Origin: Balamuthia mandrillaris
Lineage: Eukaryota
Length of the DNA stretch: 64,000 nucleotides
Assembly: GCA_031835245.2 (NCBI GenBank)
Contig: JAVKOQ020000010.1
Location: 248,001 to 312,000, forward strand
Direction of reading: 5' to 3'
Both the position numbers and the translations under genes were made by a program. Below the pieces are notes generated by a model that did no database searches, was not told the origin of the DNA, and saw only the letters and a list, made by a program, of their open reading frames with translations. Shown piece by piece: positions 1-13,338 of this stretch. The stretch's first letter is position 1, and every line of letters begins with the position of its first letter.

Positions 1-3000
1 TTACGTTCGTTTCGACGACGACGAAGAAACAGACGACGACGACGACGAGGAGGACGATGAGGACGGGGAAGTCAAAGCAGCAAAGAAGGCAAAAGGCAAA
101 GAGGTGGTGGAGGGGGAGAGTGGACCACGACCAGGACCCATCACCAACCACACTCTGCTGGAGGAGGGAACGGGCTGGTTCAAACCGCACAACGAGGAAG
201 GGCAGGACTTTGACATAATCCCCAGCGAGGCCTGGCACCTCTTCCACAGCTGGTACGGTGGAGGTCCTCCGCTGCGAAGGAGGGTGGTGGCCGCCGGCTG
301 GCGCAACGAGTACCGGGTAGAGGTCAGGCTGCTACGCCTCAAGGCCGCCAAGTCCTCGGCCAAGGAGCAGGAGGTCGCCTACTCTTGCAGCAAATACACC
401 AGCGTGGGCACTCTGCTGCGCAGGCTTGCCAAGAAGCTTGAGGTGGACCCCAAGGAGGTCCGCTTCTGGGACTGGCATAACCACAACAAGATAAAGGTGT
501 TGGAGGACATGGATGAGACATTGGAGGTGGCACAGATAGTGGACCAGCAGTACCTCCTCTTGGAGGAGAAGAACAGCCAGGGCAAGTTCCCTCCCATTGT
601 CAACCGCTCCAGCCGCCCCTCTACAAGACTATACGGCAACACCTATTCCACCTCTTCCTACAATTATTACAATTCCTCTTCCAACTACTACAATCGCTAT
701 GAAGACGAAAGCGTGGAACCCGGCACCGTTGGCCTCAACAACCTCGGCAACACCTGCTTCATGAATTCTGCCCTCCAGTGCCTTAGCAACACCACTCCCC
801 TCACCAACTTCTTCCTCACCAAGGAATTTTACAAAGATCTCAATCGTGCTAACCCCTTGGGCATGAAAGGTTTGTTGTTTCCTCTATCTTTTTGCTCCTA
901 GCAGAGCACACTCTCCAATAAATCGACCGTTCTCACCCATGAATAGGTGCTCTGGCTGAAGAATATGCTCAGTTGCTGTCCGAGCTTTGGTCTGGGAAGT
1001 GCAGAGCAACAGCCCCGCGCAAGTTCAAGTACACTTTGGAGCATTTTGCTCCCCAATTTTCTGGCTACCAGCAGCACGACTCACAGGAGCTACTTGGCTT
1101 TCTGCTGGACGGCTTGCATGAAGACCTTAACAGAGTACGAGACAAACCCTACGTGGAAACCAAGGAAGCAGATGGCAGGGAGGATGCAATAGTGGCCCAA
1201 GAAGCTTGGGCTGGACACAAGGCAAGGAACAACTCGGTTATAGTGGATTGGTTCCAAGGCCAGTTGAAATCTACTCTCGTCTGTCCGGAATGTGCCAAGA
1301 TTAGCGTCACCTTTGATCCCTTTATGTATCTAAGTCTTCCACTGCCGATGAAGATGGACAGAGACGTCACTATCACGGTCGTCTTCAATGAGGGCAATGT
1401 TGGATCAATAGACGATGCTGGCGACACCTCCTCAGGCGACTCCCACTCACGATTGCCTCTGAAGTGCAAAGTTTCAGTACCCAAGTTTGGGACCATGGCA
1501 GACTTGAAGCAGGAACTAGCGAGTCTTACCGGCCTGCCAACTACAGCACTTTCACTTGTGGACATCTACAATTGTAGATTCTTTAGAACATTTAAGGACA
1601 GCGATAACCTTAACATGATTCAAGATAGGGATCATGTTTGTGCCTTTGAAATCCCACTGCCACCCTCTTTGAAAGCCGAAGCTGAAGTAGAACCGCCCAA
1701 AGAGGAGCGTGATACCGGCAAGCAAAAGGCGCGAATTTACGATGATGACTCTGATTGGGACGATTCCGATGATGATGGCTATGGAAGTTACCGTGCGCTG
1801 ACTTCGTATCGTGACGAAAAGAGAAACGAAGCCCCAACTGAAGAAAATGGACTCATCTATCTGAATGTGCTGCATCGCAAAGACGAGGTCGTTCGGTATT
1901 CCACCTATTACAGTGGATATACCTCCTACACACGCAAAACGCTCTTTGGTATGCCTAATATCATTGGTGTCCAACGAGGCCTTACCTACAAAGAACTCTA
2001 TCGTCTCCTTCTACAAAAGCTTGCCCGTTTTGTACGAGTCCCCGAACCAGAGCCCGAACCAGAGCAACTCAATGAAGAACAGCAACAGGAAGGAGAAGCG
2101 AAAGCAGAGGAAGGAAACGAAGAAAAAGAAGTAAACGAAAAGGAAGAGACAGAAAAAGAAGAGGAATCACCACAACTACGACAAGAGAATGAGGACGGCC
2201 AGGAAGTAGAGGCGAAGCCACAAGGAGAAGAGGTGGCTGATGGTGAAGAAAGCAACAAGGAAGAGCAAACGGCAACAAAAGTAGAAGGACCTAGCGACCG
2301 GGATGTCAACAACGCTTCTGATGATGATAGCGATGCTGATGATGATGATGGCTATTCCTCCTCTTCGTCTTCCTTCGATGACGAAATTGATAGGTTCGCT
2401 AAATGGCGCTCACCTCTACACCAACAACAACAGCAACAACAACCACCAGCCAGCACTGCCCCTGTGGACTCGCGACTGGAACTGATCGATGGCAGAAAGC
2501 CATTGTTTGTGATCCGCTTGGTTGACAGCTTTGGTTCCTCTGAGATTACTGTTTTGGAGAACAATGACCTTCCTATTACTCTCAGAAACAACCAGACACT
2601 GGCCCTGTGCTGGACCAAGGAAGCCCTTGACTCTGGAGCTTACCTTGCCGAGGAGGAAGTCAATGTGGAACTTCACCCATCTGCTGCCAAACCTACGGAC
2701 GAAGGGGAGGAAGAATCCCAAGAATCAGTTACCCTAGCAGAATGTATAGAGCTATTTACCACGGAAGAAAAGCTAGGCCCCGATGATCCTTGGTAATCCG
2801 TCTTATCTCAACCATTGGTAGATGTCAATAGTGTACTTAAGTAGAAGAATTTCTGCTATCTCTTTGTCATTCAGGTATTGTAATCGCTGCAGAGAGCACA
2901 GGCAGGCTTCAAAGAAGTTCGACCTTTGGAATCTTCCCAAAATTTTGGTCATTCACTTGAAGCGTTTTTCTTATCGTAACCGGTACTGGCGTGAAAAATT

Positions 3001-3720
3001 GGACACGTTTGTTGATTATCCTCTGGAAGGTCTTGATCTTTCGCAGCATGTATTGGGAGACCTCTCTGTTCCTCCTATATATGACCTTTATGCTGTCTCT
3101 GTACGTTGATTTCGTTTTCTCTCAAGGTTGTCTTGCTTATCTCATGTTGATCCGCTTTAAAACAAATGCAAAAAAAGAACCACTATGGGTCCCTTGGTGG
3201 CGGCCATTATACTGCATACGGCAAGAATCATCGAAACAACAAGTGGTACAAGTTTGACGACAGTTCTGTGAGCGAGGTCGCACCCGATCGAGTCCGTTCC
3301 TCATCAGCCTATGTCCTCTTCTACAGAAGACGAGACATGGACCCCACTCAGTGGACCCAATTCTCGACGGATGAGGGCGCGGAGAAAGCAAGGGAACTGG
3401 GCAATGAATCCATTGCTGAGACCACCACTACCACGACTACTATCCCAGCGGCTGCTTCGAGCTCTCGCTCCTACTATATCTCTTCAAGCAGCAGTAGTAG
3501 CAGCGAGGGAGAGGTTGGCGTTGGCTCTGATGGTGATGATGACGATGATGGCGATGAAGTATTTGACGACCTTGAAGGCGGAAGTGAGCGTTATGCAACC
3601 GTACATGTTATAACAGAACTGGATGAACAGGAAGACGAGGAATACGAAGATATAGAGGACAGCGTTCGGAAAGATGCTACTGCTGTTGACGACGAGAGTG
3701 ATCCCTCTTCTCTTCAGTAA
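1..3720 (+). CDS. Ubiquitin carboxyl-terminal hydrolase, USP4/11/15-like (DUSP-UBL-catalytic), 5' truncated by the window edge; introns 870-946, 2793-2874, 3101-3177
   Basis: DUSP motif PGPITN..L; Cys box [27 protein letters not shown]; His box [14 protein letters not shown] and WYKFDDS; three GT-AG introns keep the frame. Confidence 0.93.
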
Positions 3721-4091
3721 AATAATTGCGGCTTGGTGTGACGAAGACGAACGAGCTTGGAGCCGCTCCTTGTCCCCCTCTCTTCCTCCCTTCGTCACCT
3801 TTGTTGGTTGTTGTATCGTCATAGTCTTTGCACGGAAGTTGAAAAAAAAACAAATACTTTCATGACATTGTCGCCCTTTTCTCTCCTTTATACACCCTTC
3901 GCTGAACTCACCTCCAGACAACACCACCACAAAGAGCTCTGTTTGTGTGTTCCTGTGTTCCTGTGTTCCTGTGTTCCTGTGTGGTGGGGTGGCTGCCTCG
4001 CTAGCTTTTATAATCGCATCACACCACCATTCGGCCTTCGAGCCAACTGGTCCAGAGAGAGACAACTGCAACGACGACAACAACAACCAAC

Positions 4092-4826
4092 ATGATGGCA
4101 ACTAGAGGAAGAGGAGGAGGAAGAGGAAGAGGGAGAGGAAGAAGCACCAACGGAAAGGAGTTAGCGAAATCGGTAACGGCAGCGGTGCCCCACATAGACC
4201 GAGCGGTGGTGGAGGAAGCCCTCAAAGCCAATGCAGGAGACAAGACGAAGGCCTGGCGGGAGGTCATCGCCATGGACGAGGAGGCCTTCGTGAGGGAGCA
4301 CCTTCCGGCTGCTCCCTCCGAGCACCCGCACCCAGCCTTTGAGCTGAAGGAGGTGGAAGGGGACCTCTTCCAAGCGCCCGAGGCGGCGGCCTTGGGCCAC
4401 TGCGTCTCGGAGGACCTCTCCATGTCCAAAGGCATCGCCGTGGGCTTCAAGGAGCGCTTCGCTGGCGTGCCGGAGCTCAAAGGGCAAGGGGTGAGGGCCG
4501 GCGGAGTGGCCTTCCTCCGCTTCCAAGATCGCCGCTACATCTACTACCTGGTGACCAAGCAGCGCTACTGGCATAAGCCCTCCTATCTCAACCTTTGGGG
4601 CTCGTTGCTGCGGCTGAGGGAGCTGTGCCTGGAGCATGGCGTCACCGAGTTGGCCCTCCCTGTGATCGGCTGCGGGCTGGACATGTTGCGGTGGCCTACC
4701 GTCCGCCTCATGCTCCACCGCGTCTTTGAGGAAACGCCGCTCTCCATCACTATTTATCATTGGCCTCCCTCCTCCCCCTCAACTCCTTCTTCTTCTTCTT
4801 CTTCTGCCCCTGTAAATACTCCCTAA
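4092..4826 (+). CDS. TARG1/OARD1-like macrodomain ADP-ribose glycohydrolase with N-terminal RG repeat and UBA/CUE-like helical domain
   Basis: GDLF..LGHCVSEDLSMSKGIAVGFK, YYLVTK and LALPVIGCGLD are TARG1-type macrodomain motifs; intronless ORF. Confidence 0.85.
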   Translation: MMATRGRGGGRGRGRGRSTNGKELAKSVTAAVPHIDRAVVEEALKANAGDKTKAWREVIAMDEEAFVREHLPAAPSEHPHPAFELKEVEGDLFQAPEAAALGHCVSEDLSMSKGIAVGFKERFAGVPELKGQGVRAGGVAFLRFQDRRYIYYLVTKQRYWHKPSYLNLWGSLLRLRELCLEHGVTELALPVIGCGLDMLRWPTVRLMLHRVFEETPLSITIYHWPPSSPSTPSSSSSSAPVNTP

Positions 4827-4862
4827 GACACTTCTTTTTATTTTGCTTCTGTTCTCTCTCGC

Positions 4863-4893
<31 letters not shown>

Positions 4894-4971
4894 CCCTCTC
4901 TCTCTCTCTCCCTCTCTCTCTCTCTCCCTCTCTCTTCGTTTCACTCCAGTAATAAAAAAGAAAGAAAAAAG

Positions 4972-5835
4972 ATGGCTTCAGGGCAGCAAGGACCAGGACA
5001 AGAGGAGCGGAGGAGGGTGCCAGCGCTAACACAGCTGCGAGGGCGGCACCATCGCGAAATAGAACGGACCATCCAAAAGGCCTTTGCACTGCTGGACGTG
5101 GAGCAGAAGGGCTGCCTTCCACGCGAGTCGCTGCGGGTTAGTGTTTGTTTTTTTTTTTTGCCGCACAACACACCCACACCCACCTGGTGATCCCTTGCTT
5201 CCTGCCTTGGGGATGCATCATCACACTAACGGCACGCCTTGCGAAAGGAAGGGCTGGCTATGACCGGGTGTGAACCTTCTCGAGCGGACAAAGTCATGCA
5301 GCTTGCCGCCACCACTGCTCCCCCTCTTATTGACTTCGAGGAGTTTAGGCAAATCGGTTTGCTCTGCTGTCTTCTTCCTTCTTGCTGCTTCCTGCTTCCT
5401 TCTTTCTTCTTCCTTCTTGCTGGCTTCCCTCTTCTTTCTAATGCGTGAAGTGGAGCACAGTGGTAGCAGAGCTATCAACACGCAGCGTTGAAACAGAGGT
5501 AGACCGGGCATTGGAACTGCTGCGCAGCGTGCGCCCCACGACAACATCAACCACGAGCACAGGGGAGCAGGTGCTACAGTGGCAGCACCTCGCCGCCCTG
5601 AGAGAAGAGCTTGGCATCAGCCCTCAGCAACTACGCGACCACGACCTCCAACAAATGATTTCTGAGTTTGCCTCCACCACACAACGTTTGTTCTTCTCTC
5701 TTCTCTTCTCTCTTCTCTCCCTGTTGCAGGGCATGCAACGTTACTAACAGGCATCGCATCACCCGCCACCGATGAGCAGCTGAGCTAACGGAAGAAGGGT
5801 TGCGGGAGATAGCATACAAGATATTGGCTGCATGA
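4972..5835 (+). CDS. Divergent centrin/calmodulin-like EF-hand protein; introns 5137-5247, 5357-5460, 5686-5779
   Basis: IQKAFALLDVEQKGCL, IDFEEFRQI and LQQMISEF resemble degenerate EF-hand helices; the spliced frame stays open to TGA at 5833-5835. Confidence 0.65.
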
Positions 5836-5961
5836 ATGTGTCGGGTGATTACTTTTCACCACCATGAGTAACTGGGCCATAGCAACAAAAGAGGCCTTTT
5901 GGTGAACGTACAGACAACTTCATGTTATATTGCAACATTAACAGCTACCGGCGGTGTAGCT

Positions 5962-7342
5962 TCACCGACGGCCGCGCGTGCTAAAAGTGAATGGTTTTGG
6001 CGGTGTTGTTGTCGTGGAAGTAGGAGCCCTGAGAGTGCCAAAAGGAGGAGGGGGAGCAGGTGCCACAGCAGCAGCGGTTCCCCAGCGGAAGGAAGAGGAA
6101 GAAGAGGCACCATTCGATCGGATCATCGACTCAGGATCCCATGCTGCTCCGCTGACCTCGATAGAAGGAGCATTGATGAAGAGCCGTCCAGAGGGTGCCG
6201 TTTGCGTTCCATCGGGCTCATTTGGGGGTGTCTTGTTGCATGCTCGCATCAACAGTTCGTAAAGAAGAGAAGAGTCCAAGCTCGCGAATTCCTCCGTTGC
6301 GTGAAGCTCGTCAAAGTTAGCCAAGATCGTTTCCATTGCTCTTTTCTACAAAGGAACAAAGAGAGAGAGAACACGCGGTCACGTTAAAGATAGTGGAAAG
6401 GAAAGCGGTAGAAAACGAACCTTGAGAAAGTGAGCACGGTAGTAGTCTCCTACTTGACAGAGCGTTACCGCAGTGTCGACCGTAACGTATTTGGTGGCCA
6501 ACTCCATTTCGCAGAGGTACTTTAGTTTGTCCAGCAGGAAGCCTTCCGCCGCTTGCAACAAGTCCAATACCTGTTGCACTTTGTCCGAGTCGTCGCTGCT
6601 CTCTGGATGCTCTTCCGCGTATTCGGCGATCTCTTTCTGATATTTGTCCATCTCTTTCTGGTAGTTGATCTTGCCTTGGGCGGCTTTCTCGATGTAGCTC
6701 TGAACAAAGGGCCACACAGCAAAGCAATTGTAGTGGTTGGTCATCGTCTTGTGAAAAACATCCGCAAGGAGGAGAGGGAGAGAAAAAAAACGAACCTGCT
6801 TTTCACTCTCAGGGAGATCCTTCCATGCTTGACCGAGGAGCTTTCCAAGCTCGCCAAATGGGACGTTGGGATTGGCGGCCTTGATGCTGTCTTGTTTCTC
6901 CTGGGAGAAAAGCAAGTAGGCCGTCAACGCTCGTTTGGGCTTCTGTACGCTGCCGCTACTGTGGTTGCTGTTGCTGCTGCTGTTGGTAGGGTTGGAAGGA
7001 GCTTCTGCCGTGGGAAGAGTAGCCGAGGGCAGCACAAACTTGCTGGTGTAACAGAACAACAAGAGAGCACGAAAAACGGGGTAGGAGAGCTCTTCGATGG
7101 GGATGACGGCGCTGTGTTGGCTCTCCAGCAGGCCGGAGGCGAACATGGCCTTGAACCGGTCGCAACGAGCGGAGAGGATGTGACGGTGGGCTCGCACCCT
7201 CTTGCCCTCCACCACAAAGGTCACGTCCGTGAACTCTTCCTCCTCAAAGAGCCGTTGCAGGTCCTATCATCAAGACAACGCGAAGAAGAAGAAAAAATAA
7301 ATGCAAGGCAAAGGATCTTTGTAACTAAGGCTGAGAGAGAGA

Positions 7343-7388
<46 letters not shown>

Positions 7389-7475
7389 CGATGTCAAGGG
7401 ACGACCTACCTGGATGTAATTAGGGTCCAACTTTTCTTCAGTGTAGAGGGAAGACTCGGGCATGATCGCAAACAT
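5962..7475 (-). CDS. BTB/POZ protein with an internal HMG box; introns 7264-7409, 6700-6795, 6346-6420
   Basis: BTB: FTDVTFVVEGKRVRAHRHILSARC..FKAMF and later LLQAAEGFLLDKLKYLCE; HMG box: KPKRALTAYLLF..GELGKLLGQAWKDL..EKQSY. Confidence 0.85.
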
Positions 7476-7529
7476 TTTCTGTGCTGGTTGCTGCTACTGA
7501 ACTCTGTCTTGGGTTGGTTGGCGCGGCTG

Positions 7530-7570
<41 letters not shown>

Positions 7571-7667
7571 GTTGGAGGTACCACTTCTCTCTTAAAAACT
7601 TTTCTTGGAAAGTTTTAGAGAGAACGTACAGAGAAAGAAAAAAGTAGTGGGCAGCCGAGTCAGAGAG

Positions 7668-8594
7668 ATGTTGCTAAGGGGGACGCTGGGCAGTAGTGGC
7701 AGCGGCGTGAGGAGGGTGGTGGTTGGGGCGAGGGTGGTTCTGCCCCGTGGTGCCTGTGGCTATGGATACGGTGCATGCTCTGTTGCAGCGCGGGCGCCTC
7801 GGATCCTGCAGCACCCTGCAGGGCTTTCCAACAACTGGCCGCGGTGGTAAGACTTAGTCACTCACTGGTTGGTTTGAAGCGGTGGAGGGCAGCGAAGTCT
7901 CAACCTCTCTCCCTTTCTCTCTTGTTGTGTTCCCAGGGCTTCCTCCTCCTCTTCATCGGGTTCAAGGGCGCCCTCCAAGAAGAAGCAGGGCAGCCCGGAG
8001 GAAGCACAGAAGCCAAAGCGACACTCCTCAATGACGGAAGAGCTGTTGGCCTTTTTGCTCTCCATCAAACCTGACGACCCTTCTCTCTACACTTCACTCA
8101 CCGAAGAGGTAAAATTCTTTTCCACATGTGTTTCTCCCAAAGAGCATCATGTTTTCTTCCATCGATTTGGGTGGCTGCTACCCTCTGTTTAACGACAACC
8201 ACAAAACACACACACACACACACACCACAGGACGGCAAGTTGAAGATAACCCACATAACGGAGGAGGAGTTCCAGAGGCAACAGCAAGAAGAGGAGCAGC
8301 CACAACAAGCCAAGAAGAAGACAAAGACGAAGAGCAGCAAGAAAGCGTCCAAAACAGAACCAGAAGAAGGTTTGCACTCCTTTTTTTTTTGGGTCCCTTT
8401 TCGAATGCCTCCAAGCGTCCGTTCTGCTCTAGTAGAGTAGAGATATGCAACTGACTCTCCCTATTCTGTTGTGGCACAACACAGCCAAGGCCAAGCAGCT
8501 AACGGCAGAGGAAAAGGAGGAAAAGAAGAGGCAGATGCGACTGAAGCGCGCCCTTATCAAGAAGAAGCAGCTCCAATCCAAGAGGCCCATCTAA
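7668..8594 (+). CDS. Hypothetical basic protein, possibly mitochondrially targeted; introns 7847-7936, 8109-8230, 8370-8484
   Basis: Four exons joined in frame by GT-AG introns; Arg/Ser-rich N-terminus without acidic residues; Lys-rich C-terminus. Confidence 0.55.
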
Positions 8595-9137
8595 ATGCCG
8601 CTTGCCATGCGTTCGTCCCGCTCTAGAAGAGTGTTTGCCATGCAATGAATGAATTGTACCTTACCCACAAAGCAATACTCTCCGTTTGGTGCTACCGGCA
8701 GTAGCAAGCACCCCTACCTCCCCCTCCACCCGCTCTCTGTGGTGTGAGGAGTTGAGTGTTTTGGTTGTTGTTGCATGCAATTCCAAGGCAAATCCAGGGG
8801 AAGAACTGGAGGAGGAGCAGCAAGCAGCCTGCTGCCCCCCCCCCGCCGCTACTCCTTCCTTTGCCGCTTTCATGTGTGAGAGAGAGAGAGAGACGGCCAA
8901 GAGAGACGTTAACCACTGCTTGTTGCTCTGCGGGGTGGGCAGCAGGTGGTGTTTTTTTTGTTGTTTTTATCATTACTATGACTTTGGGGGAAACGTGGTG
9001 GTTGGTGGTGGCTGCTTGTCTGACCACTTAGTTTGTTTTCAAAGGAGCAAGTTTGTTTTGAGTAGTAGAGGGAAGGAAGGAGACGACGTTCACCACGCAA
9101 GGCATCTGAGATTAAGTGTAGCAGGCTTTTATAAAAG

Positions 9138-9717
9138 ATGAAAAGGGCGCGAGGAAGGAGCGGAATTGCCAAGCAGCAGCAGCAGAAGGGGAAGACGAAG
9201 GAAGAGGAGCACGCGGAGCAAGTCCACATAACGGAAGAAGAAGAAGAAGAAGAAGAGGAGCAGCAAAAGGAGGAAGGAACACCAGCAGAGCAGCAAGCAG
9301 AAGAAGAAGAGGAGGAGGAGAGGGAACAGAAGGAGACTGGCAGGGAGGAGGAAGAAGAGGAACCAAAGGAGGAGAAAGAAGAAGAGGAGGAGGAGAGCTC
9401 GGAGCCACAAAGACCGAAAAAGAGAAGGATCGCGAAACGCGCTCGCTCTCCGCTTTCCAAACAACTCTTTGCTTCCAACCACAATGGAGCCGTCGGTGGC
9501 ACCGCTACAGAGGAAGAAGAGGGCTCCTCCTCCACTTCTGTCTCTCCCTTTCCGCCAAGTTCACCGGTCGTTACTCGACTGCAGGTTGCTCCACGAAGCG
9601 GCAGGCGAGAAGCTCTCGCTCCCTTTATAGACTTGGAGAACCTGGTCCGTTGCTCTTTTTGCTCCCCCGCCTCTCTTCTCTCTTCTCTCTTCCCTCGCCC
9701 GCTCTCGCCCGCTCTCG

Positions 9718-9758
<41 letters not shown>

Positions 9759-9917
9759 AAACTGTACTGAATGTTAAATGAACAAAGGAGCCTATCTTGA
9801 GATGGAAGCCAGAGGAACGCATCAGCTTTGTTGAACGCGTTCCCTTCTACTACGAGGGTGAAGGGTTCCATGAAGCATTGCACCGTCTTTCCGAGCTCTA
9901 TTCTTCTCCTCATCCTC

Positions 9918-9960
<43 letters not shown>

Positions 9961-12900
9961 GCTGAGAACTGGTTTCATTTTTCTAACGCGTATCAAGGGG
10001 AGTGCTGTTGATGGGAGGACCAGGAATAGGCAAAACTTCGCTCATACAGCGGTCCGTTCAGGGATCTATTGTGGGCTACATGCGTATGCGAATGGGCCAA
10101 TGCACTTTCACCACATTGAGCTATCTCATGTCGCAACTATCAAAGACCAGAGAGCCTCTGCCTTGGGAGGCGCTGAGGCCGCAGCTTCTGGACCTTTCTT
10201 TTCGCGTACTATCAGAGGTCTTCTTACAAGCCGCTGCTTTGGTGCAGAGTAAAGGACTGGTAACGACTCCCTCGTAGCTTCATTAACGCATTTGGGTGTT
10301 TGGACTAAAGTTGATCTTCTTTTTGTTCACTGGCCCCTGTGTCGATAAACAGGTAAAATTAGGAGATCAGGACTTCACCAATGTTTATAAGCCACAAAAG
10401 GGTGAGCAATCATCACGAGAGGCAGCGATGGAGAGTTATTTAACATTGCGGCATGCCTTGGAGAAGGAAGCCGAAATAGCAAGAACCCCAGCGAGTGAAG
10501 AGGAAACGCAAATGGAAGAAGAACAAGAGGAAGAACAGGAAAAGGAGAAAGAGAAAGAGGCGGAGGAGAAGGTGAAGGAGAGAGAAAGCTCGAGCTTCAG
10601 TATTGGACGCAATGATGCGTTTGTGTTACATTTAGATGACGCAGAGGTTTGGCCTGCAGATGCAGCATTCGTAGAAGCTATGCGGCATCGCCAGCAGCAG
10701 CGCCGTGGCGATATGTTGACAACAGACGAAGATATCTCCGAAGAAGACCCAACGTTTGTTGCCAACGTTGCAGACTATCCTTTCTATTATATGGTAGGGT
10801 TAGCTTTGGCTTTAGAGGAAATCATGGTGGAGTATCCGACGCTGAAAGTCGTTATAAGCGGAGAGAATGAGTATACAGCCCAAACTATTTTAACGGCATG
10901 CACGCGCGTAAGTTCTCACTCTTTTTATTTTTCTATTGGTACCATTGGTCTATTAATATGCGGTTTAAAAGAATGACCAAACGTGGTGGCATCACATGAA
11001 CATGCCGATTTTTACTGCTGATGCTGCTCATGCTATCTGTGATCATTTTTACAACTTTTCTCCGCTACCGCTTCTCTCCTTGATGCAAATATACGAGCTC
11101 ATAGCATACAATGGGAGGACCATTCAGCTATTCCTACGGGAAGTCATGCTTGTCTTTCATCATAACGATAGCGTCGAACGATTGATGCTAAGCATTCTTC
11201 AAAAGGTTTCATTTTTCTCTCCTAAATTCCGCTTTGCCTCTTTTCTGACATTAATATTGGTATAGTGTGTGGATAGAGTGTACATTAACTGGAGTACTGC
11301 CTTGCAGAAGAAATATACCTCCCTTATGAGCAACTTCAAACAAAGGAGAGTATTGCCCCTTCAATTACTGATGACCTTTCGCTTTGCTTCTCTCTATCGG
11401 GCAAGGCAGCTGCCGGACGGCTCTCTCGAGATGCTGAACGTCCATTTCCCTGTTGAGTGGAAAAATATCGCCCAATGCGGTGTCTTTCACCTCCGAGAGG
11501 AATTACGGCACAGGGATGAGAGGAGTGGGTTTCAAACCACAGAAGGAAGAGCACATACAAAGGCCGGGTTAGTTCATTATGTCATCATATCTCCGCCACG
11601 TGGCCTACTACAACGCTTCTGGGTGAAGAATGCGGCATCGTGTCCCCGCAAAGACTTGCTGAGTCTTTTAAGATGGCATCTCATAGCAGAAGAGCGCTAC
11701 CTGAACGAAGATATAATAGCCAGAGGAACGCTATGGAAGAGAGCATTGGCCACTGAACTTGCGCTCCCCTCCCTCAGCATGAACCTTGGGTTTGCTCCAG
11801 ACGTTTCCTCCCCATCGTTTTCTCCTCTTCAAAGGACCGGATCGGCCACGCCCGTATCTCCTGGCTCCTTTGCCTCCCTCCTTCTCTGCATCTGGCAGAA
11901 ACTCGACCCTATGCAAGCTACCATAGCTCCAGATCCCGCCTCCTTTAATAGATCTCCTGTCTTCCTCGCCGATGAGCAAACCCTCCAATATACCGAGTCC
12001 TTTCATCATCGAATACAATGCGTGCTGAGCAATAAAGGACCTCTGCGTGGCGGCGTTCCTTCTCAGGTACCGTCACCTTTATTCTCTCTTTCCCTCTCTT
12101 TCGTGACTTTCGTAGTTTCATGTTTGAACTTTTGATAACGCTGCATCGTAATAGGTGGATCTAGGACTTCCATTTGTGGACAGCTCTGGGAAAGAGGTCA
12201 AGGTATGGGCCAGACTAGTTTTGGGAGGACTTACCGGCAATGACTACCAAAATCTATGCATCAACTTCTTTAGCAAGGGTCGTGCCTCCACCAGGACAGG
12301 CGATTTGACCTCACCTGATCAAGCTCATCCTCAACACTTTTTGCGGATCTTCATTTCGGGAGACAACTTCCTTCCAGTGATCCCTCTCAACAAGTTGAAG
12401 TTGGAGGTCCCTCTTCCCTCTAGTCCCTTCGCTCCAGCAACGAGAACCGAACAGGGACGCACCTCACCGCGGTCTCCTGTTGGAGAGGAGCTGAAATCAC
12501 CATCCTCGGAACCAATCCAAGAGCCAATTCGTGTCCTTGCAACTTTCCATCGTATGGTAGATCCCGACTTACGCCTGAGTTTGTTTTCGATCATGGAGGG
12601 GGCCATGGCTTTGCTCAGTCGCTGCTTAATGCCGTTGTTGCTATCCCCTGACGTGCTCTCTCCTGAGCAGGACCGATTTTCAAGACAAGCGGACCTGATG
12701 GGAGCTGACCTACGCGACATGGTCCAACAAGGTTGGGTTTTTTTTCCTAACCTCTTTGTTACGGTCTTTGCTCCTCGCTCACGTGTAACCGTGCTTTATT
12801 CAGTACTTCCACACCTTGTTGATGCCGGAGCAAAAGGTATACCATTCTCTCCTCACCCCAATGTGAAACGAACACTGTTCTCATTTATTTCGCCTTCAGA

Positions 12901-13294
12901 AATTCGTACAAGTACCTATGCTAGCCCACCGCCAACACGTACGTTGCTTATCATCCCTCTCACCATCAACCTTGTTCCATCGAACAAGTGTTTATTGAAT
13001 TTATGAACAACAGCAACACCGAAAGCAGAGAAAGTGTTGTTCGTGAGGCAGCCTCACGACACAAGAAACACAGCTATGAAAGAGATCATTGTGACAGAAT
13101 TCACAGTCGCCAACCTGAAAGAGGCTGCGGCAGAGGCCTGCGGACGAGCCGCCAGTGACGTGGTGGAGATAACACGGTCGGTGTCTGGCGCTGCTGGGAT
13201 GAAGGTGGCCATCACTTCGGACCGGCAGGTGGCCAAACTTATCAACGAAAGCATAATCACTGTAGAGTTCTCTAATCATGAACAAGTTGAATAA
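9138..13294 (+). CDS. Large 10-exon P-loop NTPase (Crinkler/STAND-like) with a C-terminal ubiquitin-like domain
   Basis: Walker A VLLMGGPGIGKT; Walker B-like FVLHLDDAE; introns 9645-9787, 9919-9997, 10260-10352, 10908-10971, 11206-11265, 12067-12154, 12732-12803, 12837-12899 and 12939-13013 give a continuous frame. Confidence 0.7.
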
Positions 13295-13338
13295 ATCTAC
13301 GCCTTTATTAGATCGAGGGAGCAGGGAGGACGGAGGCT

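Noticed and set aside
8251..9235. Shared 12-mer CCACATAACGGA (HITEEE) in two adjacent genes
   Set aside because: Too short, next to low-complexity Glu runs, and no extended homology
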